NCBI GenBank assembly: GCA_000437315.1
Contig: FR899415.1
Span: 23,713 to 87,712, forward strand
Length of the DNA stretch: 64,000 bases
DNA from: Mycoplasma sp. CAG:472
GTDB lineage: Bacteria > Bacillota_I > Bacilli_A > RF39 > UBA660
Direction of reading: 5' to 3'
Part shown: positions 29,662-39,588 of the stretch, piece by piece
Layout of the letters: each line of letters opens with the position of its first letter
Position numbering within the stretch: position 1 is the first letter of the stretch
Made by a program: the position numbers and the translations under genes
Notes under the pieces: generated by a model
The model's database searches: none
What the model saw: only the letters and a program-made list of their open reading frames with translations
Told to the model about the DNA's origin: nothing

Positions 29662-30366
29662 TTATCTTGCAATAACAAAATCTTGTTCAACATCATTATT
29701 TAAATATGAAGATAAATTCTTAAATAATAACTCATTAAATAGACTTATTAAATATTTTTGTTCTTCGTTTTCATATTTAATATTTGAAATATTATTTGTA
29801 TGTTTTAAAATAATTTTTTTTGCATATTCACTATCAATTTTTGGTAAATCACAAGATATTTTTGTAATATCTAAATAATTATTAATCATTAATCTTTCAA
29901 ATTCAGGGTTACACATCATATACTTAATAACCATCTTCATAAATTCTAAATTAATTTTGTTAGAATATGTAGCATCTTTATTACTTAAATCATTTGTAAT
30001 TACAGCATGTAAATCTTTCAAAGTTTTAATAATAAAAGGATGTAATAATATATCATTTGATCCAGTAATGGATTTATAGTTATAAAGTACTTTACACTTT
30101 AATCTATTGCGATTAACTATACCTTCAGTAACTTTTACATCTTCTGAAGCACTAACAAGTCCAAGATAACATAAACAGCAATCTTCATATTCTAATAAAG
30201 GTGCAAGTTCATTTAATAAATTGATAACCTCACTTTGTTTATTATTTTCATATAATTTAATAAGATTTTCATATTTTGTAACAACCTGTAAAGCATAATA
30301 ATTTAATTCGGTTTCCGCAAATAATTGTCCTTCAGTTTTTTCATTACTATTAATTACATTTAACAT
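29662..30366 (-). CDS. hypothetical protein, family X member (234 aa)
   Basis: Closest paralog of 25849..26562. Confidence 0.6.
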   Translation of the reverse strand: MLNVINSNEKTEGQLFAETELNYYALQVVTKYENLIKLYENNKQSEVINLLNELAPLLEYEDCCLCYLGLVSASEDVKVTEGIVNRNRLKCKVLYNYKSITGSNDILLHPFIIKTLKDLHAVITNDLSNKDATYSNKINLEFMKMVIKYMMCNPEFERLMINNYLDITKISCDLPKIDSEYAKKIILKHTNNISNIKYENEEQKYLISLFNELLFKNLSSYLNNDVEQDFVIAR

Positions 30367-30408
30367 ATATATTCATTTCCTTTCTTTTACAAGTGGATAA
30401 ATATTAAT

Positions 30409-30461
30409 CCCCCTTTTTCGTGAAAACTATGATAACACAAAATAAATAAATAGTCAAATTA
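30409..30461 (-). promoter_or_regulatory. promoter plus 5' UTR element, copy 2
   Basis: 52/53 nt identical to 29465..29517. Lies upstream of the family X gene 29662..30366. Confidence 0.5.
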
Positions 30462-30493
30462 AGTATATGATGGTATAATAGATATGATGACTT

Positions 30494-31690
30494 ATGAATA
30501 TATTAGCAAATAGTATTAGACCTAAAACTCTTGATGATGTTCTTGGACAAGAGCATTTAATAGGTAAAGGCAAAGTACTTAGAAATTTAATTGAAAATAA
30601 AAAAATGTTCTCTCTTATTTTATATGGAACACCAGGAATTGGCAAAACAACCCTTGCAAAAGTAATTGCAAATGAAATGAATATGCCATATGAGTTTTTA
30701 AATGCAACTCAAAATAATAAAGATGATTTTTTAAGAGCAATTAATGATGCAAGACTTTCTGGTGAAAAAATAATAATTATTGATGAAATCCATCGAATGA
30801 ATAAAGATAAGCAAGATATACTACTTCCTTATCTTGAAAATGGTACAGTTATTTTAATTGGTCTTACTACCTCAAATCCATTTATAAAGGTAAATCCTGC
30901 AATAAGAAGTAGATGTACAATTTTTGAACTTAAAGCCCTTTCTAAAGAAGATATTAAAAAAGGATTAGAAAAAGCCCTATCATATCTTCCTGATATTGAT
31001 ATTTCTGATGATGCACTAATGTATATTGCAGGTGCAAGTGGTGGCGATGTTAGATGCGCTTACAATATTTTGGAAGTAGCATATTATGCCTTTAAAAAAG
31101 ATATTACCGTTGATAAAATAAAGGAAATTATTCCTAAGGCAAATGTTTTTATTGATGAAAGTGATGATGGACATTATGATGCATTAAGTGCCCTTCAAAA
31201 AAGTATTCGAGGAAGTGACATTGATGCTTCTTTACACTACCTTGCAAGACTACTTTATGCTGGTGATTTAGATTCTATAGAACGAAGACTATCTGTTATT
31301 GCTTATGAAGATATAGGTCTTGCAAATCCTGGTATTGGACCTAGACTTGATAGTGCTATTAATGCCGCTGAAAGAGTTGGTTTTCCTGAATGTAATATCA
31401 TTTTAGGAACTATTGTTACAGAAATGGCAATGTCTCCCAAAAGTAATAGTGTATATCTAGCAATAAATAAAGCAATTAGTGATTTAAATGAAAAAGGTGC
31501 TACAAAAATACCTGATAATATTAAAACAAATTCAAGTGCATATTTATATCCTCATAATTATAAAAATCATTATGTTAAACAAAATTATATGCCTAAAGAA
31601 TATATAGGAAGTAAATATTATATTCCCCAAGAAAATAATATAGAAAATGGACTAAATAAAGTCTATAATGAAAGGACTGGTAAAAAATGA
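30494..31690 (+). CDS. rarA: replication-associated recombination protein A (AAA+ ATPase)
   Basis: Walker A GTPGIGKTTLAKVIANE, DEIHRMNK Walker B/sensor. Overall MgsA/RarA architecture. Confidence 0.88.
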   Translation: MNILANSIRPKTLDDVLGQEHLIGKGKVLRNLIENKKMFSLILYGTPGIGKTTLAKVIANEMNMPYEFLNATQNNKDDFLRAINDARLSGEKIIIIDEIHRMNKDKQDILLPYLENGTVILIGLTTSNPFIKVNPAIRSRCTIFELKALSKEDIKKGLEKALSYLPDIDISDDALMYIAGASGGDVRCAYNILEVAYYAFKKDITVDKIKEIIPKANVFIDESDDGHYDALSALQKSIRGSDIDASLHYLARLLYAGDLDSIERRLSVIAYEDIGLANPGIGPRLDSAINAAERVGFPECNIILGTIVTEMAMSPKSNSVYLAINKAISDLNEKGATKIPDNIKTNSSAYLYPHNYKNHYVKQNYMPKEYIGSKYYIPQENNIENGLNKVYNERTGKK

Positions 31691-32664
31691 AAATAGCAAT
31701 GCTTGGAACTGGAGCTTATGGTCTTGCCCTTGCTAGTAAACTTGCAGGTAATGGTCATAAAGTTGTAATGTGGACTGAAAATAAAGATAAAGAAAAAGAG
31801 TATCAAACTACTCATAATTTAAAAAGTATAAATTCAAGTTATGAACTTTCAGATAATATAGAGGTAACCTCAAATATAGAGGATGTAATGAATGGTGCAA
31901 AAATAATATTTTTTACATGTGCATCAAAATATACAAATGAAGTAGCAAGTATGATTCTTCCCTACTTTGAAAAAGATATGGTAATATGTATTGCTAGTAA
32001 AGGTATCGAAGAAAAAACTTGCCATTTACTTTCAAATGTAATTAAGTTTATTTTAAATGCTAAAAATGTTACAGTTATATCTGGCCCAACTTTTGCCGTT
32101 GATATGCTTGCCAAAGAACCTGTTGCTTTAGCAATTGCTGGTACCAATAGAAAAAGTCAAAATTTAGTAATTAAAGCATTATCTTGTGACACAGTAAAAC
32201 TTAGAATTTCAAAAGATTTAATTGGAGTACAAATATGCGGTGCTGTAAAAAATATCTTTGCTATTGCCTCGGGTATTTTGGGAGGTTTAGGCTATTCAGA
32301 AAGTACAAGAGCATTTTTAATTAATGAATCACTTCACGATATAAAAGATCTAATTTACTTTATGGGTGGAAAGCCTAAAACTATACTATCTTTTGCAGGA
32401 GTTGGTGATTTACTAATGACATGTATGAGTACAAAAAGTCGTAACTATTCATTTGGTTATGTAATTGGAAATACTAAAGATAAAGATAAAATAAATGATT
32501 TTTTAAATACCCATACTGTCGAAGGTTATTATACATTAAAAACTGTTATGCTTCTTTTAAAAAAGAAAAATATAAATATTGAACTTATATCACTTATTAA
32601 TGATATTGTTGATTATAAAGAAAGTCCAGAAAAATTAAGTGAATTTCTTATAAACAAAAAATAG
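31687..32664 (+). CDS. gpsA: NAD(P)H-dependent glycerol-3-phosphate dehydrogenase
   Basis: N-terminal Rossmann motif MKIAMLGTGAYGLALASKLA, GpsA length, 4-nt overlap with rarA. Confidence 0.85.
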   Translation: MKIAMLGTGAYGLALASKLAGNGHKVVMWTENKDKEKEYQTTHNLKSINSSYELSDNIEVTSNIEDVMNGAKIIFFTCASKYTNEVASMILPYFEKDMVICIASKGIEEKTCHLLSNVIKFILNAKNVTVISGPTFAVDMLAKEPVALAIAGTNRKSQNLVIKALSCDTVKLRISKDLIGVQICGAVKNIFAIASGILGGLGYSESTRAFLINESLHDIKDLIYFMGGKPKTILSFAGVGDLLMTCMSTKSRNYSFGYVIGNTKDKDKINDFLNTHTVEGYYTLKTVMLLLKKKNINIELISLINDIVDYKESPEKLSEFLINKK

Positions 32665-32686
32665 CAAATTAAATTGCTATTTTTTT
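32663..32686. terminator. bidirectional terminator between convergent gpsA and cls
   Basis: A6-AGCAA-loop-TTGCT-T7. Confidence 0.45.
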
Positions 32687-32691
32687 AAAAT

Positions 32692-34212
32692 TTAAAAAAG
32701 TGGAGCAAAAAGTCTTAATATAGATTGCCAAATACCTTTAAAAAAACCAACTTTTACATTTTTATTAGTTAAGATTGTACAATTATCTAATGTATCTAAA
32801 ACATCTTTTTTAATATTTTTAATTTCTTTTACATTTTCCATATAAATAGCATTCTCAAAATGTAAATATAAACTTCGATAATCCATATTTATAGTTCCCA
32901 CTACTGCTTTAGTATCATCAGAAACAAATACTTTTGAATGAACAAATCCATCATTATATTTACATATTTTAACTCCATTTTTTGTTAAATAAGGAAAAAA
33001 TGAACTAGTTTGAGTATAAACTATTTTTTTATCAGGAACACCTGGTACAATAATTTTAACATCAACACCTCTTTTAGCTGCTCTTACTAAAGTATTTTGC
33101 ATATCTGTATCAATTATTAAATAAGGTGTCATGATATAAACATATTTTTTAGCGCTATTAATAATATTTATATAAACATCTTCCGCAACAAATGGTTTAT
33201 ATATAGGGGATATTCCATAAGGTAATACATAACCATTATTACATTTTTTATTAGAAAAGTCATATTTAAATTTTAATAAATCTTCGTCCTCTTTTATATT
33301 TGCATTCCATAAACTACAAAACATTACTGTAAAATTAAATACGGCATCACCCTCTATTTTAATTCCATTATCTTTCCATACTCCTAGTTTACTATTAATA
33401 TTTATATATTCATCACTTATATTTACACCGCCAGAAAAAGCAACTTTTCCATCAATTATTGTCATTTTTCTATGATCTCTATTATTCATAAATATACCCT
33501 TAAATGGGCTAACCTTATTAAAGGGAATACATTTAATACCATAAGTTGATAATTGTTTAGGATAATTTGTTGAAAGCATAGCAATACTACCCATATCATC
33601 ATAAATTATTCTAACATCTACTCCTAAAGAAGCTTTTTCCTTTAATATATCTAAAATATTTTCAAGCATAATACCATTATTAATAATAAAATATTCCATA
33701 AATATAAATTTTTCTGCACTTTTTAATTCTTTTAATAGAGACGGATAAAAATCTTGCCCAAAATTATAATATTTAACATCATTATTTGTTGAGGCAGGAA
33801 ATCGTGCATAATTATTTAAATATTTTAGGTTATCTAAATAATTATCATTTATTTGTTTAGTAATATCATTATCTTGTTTTAAGTATTTTTGATACTCATT
33901 TTCTGTATTATAAATGTTTTTAAGTAATTTATTTTTAGCATAACTACCACCTAGAGTTAAAAGTAAGATAGTTCCAAAAATTGGAAATACTAATATAAGC
34001 ATAATCCAAGGTAAATCATTAGATAAGTTTGTACTATCCTTTAAAAGTTTCAAAACAATAAGTATACTTAATATATCATAAATAATACCTATAATAGTTA
34101 TATTGTTATGAAAATATAATTGAATTAATATATGAAATCCAAATTGTAATATTACGCCCAAAATAACTATTATTGCTCTTTTTATTGCATTAACCATAAA
34201 TGATCCTTTCAT
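32692..34212 (-). CDS. cls: cardiolipin synthase
   Basis: Two PLD HKD motifs (HRKMTIIDGKVAFSGGVN and HSKVFVSDDTKAVVGTINMD) after N-terminal TM helices. Confidence 0.88.
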   Translation of the reverse strand: MKGSFMVNAIKRAIIVILGVILQFGFHILIQLYFHNNITIIGIIYDILSILIVLKLLKDSTNLSNDLPWIMLILVFPIFGTILLLTLGGSYAKNKLLKNIYNTENEYQKYLKQDNDITKQINDNYLDNLKYLNNYARFPASTNNDVKYYNFGQDFYPSLLKELKSAEKFIFMEYFIINNGIMLENILDILKEKASLGVDVRIIYDDMGSIAMLSTNYPKQLSTYGIKCIPFNKVSPFKGIFMNNRDHRKMTIIDGKVAFSGGVNISDEYININSKLGVWKDNGIKIEGDAVFNFTVMFCSLWNANIKEDEDLLKFKYDFSNKKCNNGYVLPYGISPIYKPFVAEDVYINIINSAKKYVYIMTPYLIIDTDMQNTLVRAAKRGVDVKIIVPGVPDKKIVYTQTSSFFPYLTKNGVKICKYNDGFVHSKVFVSDDTKAVVGTINMDYRSLYLHFENAIYMENVKEIKNIKKDVLDTLDNCTILTNKNVKVGFFKGIWQSILRLFAPLF

Positions 34213-34264
34213 TTTTTTATTGTACTATTTTGCAATTAAATTTTCAATAGTTTTAATTTATTTA

Positions 34265-36130
34265 TTATTTTTTATATTCATTTTTTATTTTATTATAAAT
34301 AGATTCTTCATCTAAATTATTTAATCTTATAAGTTCCTCCCTTGTAGCAGTAAACATAAATTTATTAGGAATATTATAAACATAAAAATCATTTTTACTA
34401 TTAATTTTACTTGCAAATGATAAAACTATACTATCTAAACTACAACCTTCCATACTCTCTTCATAAATAAATACTTTTTTATAATATTTTAGTATTTTAG
34501 TAAGCATTTTTTCATCTATTGGCTTTAAGAATCTAGCATTAATAATTGTAAGATTTATATTATCTTTAGAAAGTTTTTCACAAATATTTTGTGCTCTACT
34601 TACAAAATCACCATATGTAATAATTATACCATCTTCTCCGGAGGCAATTACACTCCAAGAACCCAAAACAATATCTTCTTTCTTTTGAAAATCATACTTT
34701 AAATTTATTTTGGGATATCTTATTGCAAATGGTTTGTCAGTTTTTAATGCAAGTTCTAAAAGATTATCAGCTTCTTTAGGACTCGATGGCATAGATATAA
34801 CCATATTAGGAATAGGAAGTAGCATTGGCACGTCAAATAGCCCTTGATGAGTTTCACCATCTGAGGATACAAAACCTGCCCTATCAATACATATAATTAC
34901 GTGTTCATTCATTCTCGCAATATCATGGACAATTTCATCATAACCACGCTGAAGAAAACTTGAGTAAATAAAACATATTGGTTTTTTACCATTTTCAGCA
35001 AGGGAAGAAGCTAAAACTAAAGCATGTTCTTCATTAATGCCAACATCAATAAACTGTTTAGGAAGTTTTTCTTTTATAATACTAAGTTTACATCCCTTTT
35101 CCATCGCAGGTGTAATAACAATTATATCTTTATCTTTTTTAGCATAATTTAAAACATACGAACTCATTATTTCACTATATGATGGTAAATTTGATATTTC
35201 TTTAGGTTTACCATCTTTTATATTAAAGGGTCCTACTCCGTGAAATGAACCAGTTTCATCATTTTCGGCAAGTTCATAACCAAAACCTTTTTTAGTAATT
35301 ACATGAAGTAAAACAGGCTTATTAATATTTTTAACCATTTGCAAATACTTAATCATTTCATTAAAGTCTTCACCATCAATTGGTCCAAAATACTCAAAAC
35401 CTAAAGAAGTAAATAAACTTCCTTTTTTTACATATAACATTTTAAAATTATCTTTAATATTATTTAAGGCATTAGCACACACTTTACCAAACTTTGTTTT
35501 ATTTAAAAAACTTTTAGTGTTTTTCTTAACATCATTATAGCCTTTACCCGCTCTTACAGAATCTAAAAAATTATGAACTGCTCCAACATTTTTAGAAATG
35601 CTCATTTCATTATCATTTAAAATAATAATAAGCCTTGTATTTAAACTTCCTATATGATTTAAGGCTTCAAAAGAAAGGCCATTAGAAATAGAACCATCTC
35701 CGATGACACATACAACATTATAATCTTTTTTATCTAAATCTCTTGCTAAAGCAAAACCTAAGCCCGCCGATAAAGAAGTTGAACTATGTCCAGCTTCATA
35801 AACATCATATTTACTTTCACTTTTCTTTTGAAAACCCTCAAGGCCATTATATTTTCTTAAGTTTTTAAAATCTTTTGCTCTACCAGTTAATATTTTATAT
35901 GGATATGTTTGATGGCCAACATCAAAAATTATTTTATCAATACTTGCATCAAATACTTTAAGCATCGCAATAGTTAAATCAGTAATTCCCAAATTTGATG
36001 ATAAGTGACCTCCTGTATTAGAAACATTTTCTAAAATAAACTCCCGAATATCCGCTCCTAAAGTATCTAGTTCATCATTATTTAAATCTTTTAGAAAATC
36101 AGGATTTTTTATATTTTCAACCTTATCCAT
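34265..36130 (-). CDS. dxs: 1-deoxy-D-xylulose-5-phosphate synthase
   Basis: 621 aa with the TPP-binding region GHSSTSLSAGLG, GDG motif and transketolase-like C-terminal domain. Confidence 0.92.
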   Translation of the reverse strand: MDKVENIKNPDFLKDLNNDELDTLGADIREFILENVSNTGGHLSSNLGITDLTIAMLKVFDASIDKIIFDVGHQTYPYKILTGRAKDFKNLRKYNGLEGFQKKSESKYDVYEAGHSSTSLSAGLGFALARDLDKKDYNVVCVIGDGSISNGLSFEALNHIGSLNTRLIIILNDNEMSISKNVGAVHNFLDSVRAGKGYNDVKKNTKSFLNKTKFGKVCANALNNIKDNFKMLYVKKGSLFTSLGFEYFGPIDGEDFNEMIKYLQMVKNINKPVLLHVITKKGFGYELAENDETGSFHGVGPFNIKDGKPKEISNLPSYSEIMSSYVLNYAKKDKDIIVITPAMEKGCKLSIIKEKLPKQFIDVGINEEHALVLASSLAENGKKPICFIYSSFLQRGYDEIVHDIARMNEHVIICIDRAGFVSSDGETHQGLFDVPMLLPIPNMVISMPSSPKEADNLLELALKTDKPFAIRYPKINLKYDFQKKEDIVLGSWSVIASGEDGIIITYGDFVSRAQNICEKLSKDNINLTIINARFLKPIDEKMLTKILKYYKKVFIYEESMEGCSLDSIVLSFASKINSKNDFYVYNIPNKFMFTATREELIRLNNLDEESIYNKIKNEYKK

Positions 36131-36791
36131 TGATAATATCCTTTATTACATAGTCTGATAAATATATTCCCGCTACTGAAGTTGTACATACATATGATGA
36201 AATTGGTTGACTTTTAATTGGCTTTTCTTTAGAACATATTACATTAACATCATCAAAAAATTCACATTTTTTAATTAAATAATGATTAAGTTTTTTACCA
36301 AGTGGATCAAATAAACTTTCTTTTAAAGTACTTTTACATACTAATTCAGGACAAACTCTATTACCAATTCCTAAAGAAACAATAATTTTCTTATTATATT
36401 TTTTAGCATTTATTATAAGATTTGCTTTTGCCGGAACACTATCACAAGCATCAATTATATAATCATATGAAGAAAAATCAAAATCTGAATTAAAATCTAA
36501 AAATGTATCAAGTACATTAATATTAACATTTTCATTTATACTTTTTGCTCTTGCTAAAGCAGTATCTATTTTCTTTTTGCCTAATGAGTCAAGTGTAGCA
36601 TATAACTGTCTATTTAAATTGCTTTCTTCATAAGTATCAAAATCAATAACTGTAATATTTTCTACTCCACATCTAATTAATGTTTCAAAACAAAAAGAAC
36701 CTACTCCGCCAATTCCCACTAAAAGGATGTGAGCATTTTTAATCTTTTCTAAATTATTTTCTCCAAACAAATTTATTAATCTTTCTTTCAT
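36123..36791 (-). CDS. tcdA: tRNA threonylcarbamoyladenosine dehydratase (ThiF/MoeB/HesA E1-like family)
   Basis: ILLVGIGGVGSFCFETLIRCGVENITVIDFDTYEESNLNRQ nucleotide-binding motif. Confidence 0.75.
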   Translation of the reverse strand: MKERLINLFGENNLEKIKNAHILLVGIGGVGSFCFETLIRCGVENITVIDFDTYEESNLNRQLYATLDSLGKKKIDTALARAKSINENVNINVLDTFLDFNSDFDFSSYDYIIDACDSVPAKANLIINAKKYNKKIIVSLGIGNRVCPELVCKSTLKESLFDPLGKKLNHYLIKKCEFFDDVNVICSKEKPIKSQPISSYVCTTSVAGIYLSDYVIKDIING

Positions 36792-37113
36792 ACATACTCC
36801 TATTAAAAAACCCAGTAAGATTAGTCTATGCTAGATAAAATCCCGCGCTCTCCGCAGGTGGGCATCACATAAGTTATTTTAGGATTCTTATGTACTTAAT
36901 GAATAAGCATTCTACACCATAACCTAATTAGATTCCCTTATTTCTATCTTTAGTCGGTTTTATACGCTATAAACTATCAACTAGGTATCTTAATTATAAC
37001 AAACTATTTATATAAAATAAATATAATCATTAAAAGTTTACATTACATTTTTTCTATTTAGCATATTTACCTATAAAAATTATAATATTATTTTACAGTA
37101 AAATAAGTGTCAA
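36792..37113 (-). promoter_or_regulatory. sigma-A promoter (TTGACA-N17-TAATAT at 37085..37113) plus about 290-nt leader with GC hairpin and U-tract (36833..36857). Candidate riboswitch/attenuator.
   Basis: Perfect -35, 17-nt spacer and a good -10 on the minus strand. The long untranslated leader ends in CCUGCGgagagCGCGGG followed by AUUUUAU, 35 nt before the tcdA ATG. Confidence 0.45.
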
Positions 37114-37274
37114 TATAAAAAGAGAACTATTCTCTTTTGAATTTAGGTTCTCCATACTCTCTTTACTGAAAATACATTCTAATTATAATGCCATAAAATT
37201 TAGAAATAGTTGGCAAGTATAACTCCTTTCACTATAATTAAATCATTATATAGTGATTTTGCCAAAAACTAATT

Positions 37275-37670
37275 TTATTTCAATCTTCTTCGGCGAGAAA
37301 AGCCTAAGTCATTATTTAAGTTATAATCTTCATCATAATTATATGATAAATCATTTTTATTTATTTTTTCATTAGTTTCAATTTTATTATTATTTTCACT
37401 CTCTAATTCGATTTTCTTTTCATATAATTCATTAAGTTTTTTTTCAGTATTATTAAGCATATATGAACTACATGCACTTGTTATAATAAATAGTCCATCC
37501 GCTCCCATTAAACAATAAGATTCAATTAAATGATCAACTCCATTACCTACAAGTATAATAGATGTTATAACTAAACCATAGATTGATATCTTCTTAAATA
37601 CTTTTAATAAGTATTTTTCCCTTTTTTTAGTATCAATTTCATTATTTATATATTCTTTTTTATTATCCAT
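37275..37670 (-). CDS. small membrane protein (131 aa)
   Basis: Two hydrophobic helices (ISIYGLVITSIILVGNGV, GADGLFIITSACSSYML). Own TATAAT promoter. Terminator hairpin at 37117..37138. Confidence 0.5.
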   Translation of the reverse strand: MDNKKEYINNEIDTKKREKYLLKVFKKISIYGLVITSIILVGNGVDHLIESYCLMGADGLFIITSACSSYMLNNTEKKLNELYEKKIELESENNNKIETNEKINKNDLSYNYDEDYNLNNDLGFSRRRRLK

Positions 37671-37724
37671 AAATCCTCCATTTAATAATACTATAATTAT
37701 ATAAAAAAATGACTAAAATAAAAA

Positions 37725-37762
37725 GAGGTAAGATTAATATCTTACTCCTCCCCATTGAGCAG
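37725..37762 (-). terminator. Rho-independent terminator after the HerA-like gene
   Basis: GGGGAGGAGUAAGAU-loop-AUCUUACCUC followed by UUUUUAUUUU on the minus strand. Confidence 0.6.
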
Positions 37763-37831
37763 CAACAAAACCAACTCTATTAAAAGTAGGAAGTTCTTGC
37801 TCTTTTACATTAATTTTTCTATTTACTTTTT

Positions 37832-39580
37832 TTATCTCCAGCAAGAGGAAACATTACAGTTTGATGAATAAGGCATTGGATTAGGCATTTCCATCTTAAC
37901 TATCATTGGTATTTTAAAGGCACTGCCAAATGATACACAAGTTCCTGGTTGAAGTGTTTTTTGTTTTTCAATAATATCTGCACTAATATTTGGAAGCATT
38001 TCTGAAATATATTTAATATCAAGAGGGTGTGTCATTTTAAAGATCAAGAAATTTGAACATTGTGCAATAACTGTATCAGATATTTCAACTGGTCTTTGAG
38101 AAATAATATCAAGAATTACGCCATATTTTCTTCCTTCTTTTGCAATACGGTCAAATATGTTATAACCAAGTAAGAATGTATCATTATCTTTTTGAATATA
38201 TCTATGAGCTTCTTCCAAAAATAAATGAAATGGAATACTTGCTCTTTGCTCTAAAGACTTAGAATAATCAAATAAGAATTTACACATTATTTTTACAATA
38301 ACTTTAGCATAAATATCGTCAACATCCTCGAGATTAATATTAATTATTTGAGCTTTTTTACCATTAAATGATTTTAAAGCATCAATAAATTCAGTATTTG
38401 TATAATGTTTAGTTCCATCAAAATAATTACCAACTTCACTATGAAGAATTGTAGTAAGTCTAACCTTTAATATTGAGGCATCATCAACAAGAGTATCATT
38501 ATGTAAGAAACCTTCGGAAATTAAAGTAAACTCTAATGCTTTGGAAAAGTCTAGTAGTGAATAAAATGCATTTTCATCTGGAGCAATATTTTCAATTTCA
38601 TCATTAATATTTTTCAAAATATATTCAGTAATTAAAACACTTTCACCAAAATAACCATTTGAATCAATTTCAAAACATTCAGAGAAACTTCTTGTATAAC
38701 CAAGTCCTTGAATAGTTGTATCAAAATTAAATTCTGGTGTATGACAAGTTTCTATAATTGTAAATATTTCGTTTTTCTTTTGAGCAGTAGTCTCTGATGA
38801 GAATAATACCGCAAGTAAAGCTTTAGCAATTAAATGATTTTTATATTTTCTAGATTCAGGTGAATCTGTAGCAAATATTTTTGAAAGTTTTAATGTTCTT
38901 TCAAGTATTGGAAGTTGAGTATGTTTACTTGCCTGAAGAAGTAGTGCATAATCATCAAGTTTTAATAAATTAACAGGTATTTTAAGTGGTACATCAGTGG
39001 CCTCCTTAGGATTAGTGGTAATAAATTTATAATTATATTCAGGATCAATTGTATTAATTGAACTAAAAGCATTTTTATATTCACCATAAGCATCAAAAAT
39101 AAACATATTTGCATTTTTTACTTTTGCAAATTTATTTAAAAATATATTTTGAACCATTCTTGAAACACCACAAGATTTACCTGAACCAGTATTACCAAAT
39201 ATAGCTAAATGATTTGAAAATAAATCATTAATACTTGGACATACAGTAAAGTTTTTATAAATAGCACTTTGGCCTAAAACAAAACTATTTTCAGAATATG
39301 TTCCTACTAGAGCCATTAACTCTTCACCATTAATTATTCTGATAGTCGAAGATAAAAGCGGTTTTCTAAGTACACCATTTAAAAATCTATTACCTTGATA
39401 TTCACCTAAAAAACGAATTTTAATTTCACTACTATTAACTTCAGTAATTTCTCCTAAAATACGTTCTCCATTACTTTCAAATATTACATGCATATTCATT
39501 AAATCTGCTTGAACATTACTACCAGCAAGATTTTGAACATATGCCATACTATCACTTATATAAAGTATTTTACCAAACAT
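37832..39580 (-). CDS. HerA/FtsK-type (DUF87) ATPase with N-terminal HAS-barrel-like domain
   Basis: Walker A GNTGSGKSCGVS, Walker B/sensor FHLFLEEAHRY, C-terminal RKYGVILDIISQRPVEISDTVIAQCSNFLIFKM typical of HerA-clade ATPases. Confidence 0.75.
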   Translation of the reverse strand: MFGKILYISDSMAYVQNLAGSNVQADLMNMHVIFESNGERILGEITEVNSSEIKIRFLGEYQGNRFLNGVLRKPLLSSTIRIINGEELMALVGTYSENSFVLGQSAIYKNFTVCPSINDLFSNHLAIFGNTGSGKSCGVSRMVQNIFLNKFAKVKNANMFIFDAYGEYKNAFSSINTIDPEYNYKFITTNPKEATDVPLKIPVNLLKLDDYALLLQASKHTQLPILERTLKLSKIFATDSPESRKYKNHLIAKALLAVLFSSETTAQKKNEIFTIIETCHTPEFNFDTTIQGLGYTRSFSECFEIDSNGYFGESVLITEYILKNINDEIENIAPDENAFYSLLDFSKALEFTLISEGFLHNDTLVDDASILKVRLTTILHSEVGNYFDGTKHYTNTEFIDALKSFNGKKAQIININLEDVDDIYAKVIVKIMCKFLFDYSKSLEQRASIPFHLFLEEAHRYIQKDNDTFLLGYNIFDRIAKEGRKYGVILDIISQRPVEISDTVIAQCSNFLIFKMTHPLDIKYISEMLPNISADIIEKQKTLQPGTCVSFGSAFKIPMIVKMEMPNPMPYSSNCNVSSCWR

Positions 39581-39588
39581 GACTCTTC

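Noticed and set aside
36835-36870. GC-rich patch CCCGCGCTCTCCGCAGGTGGGCATCAC as a possible tRNA or other small RNA gene
   Set aside because: No cloverleaf is possible (no acceptor/T-arm complementarity, length too short). It is better explained as the terminator/attenuator hairpin of the leader.
36792-37113. TPP (thi-box) riboswitch upstream of the thiamine-related dxs/ThiF-family operon
   Set aside because: I searched both strands for the conserved TPP aptamer core (CUGAGA, ACCUGAUC.GGAUAAUGCC) and found no match, so I keep only a generic structured-leader call.
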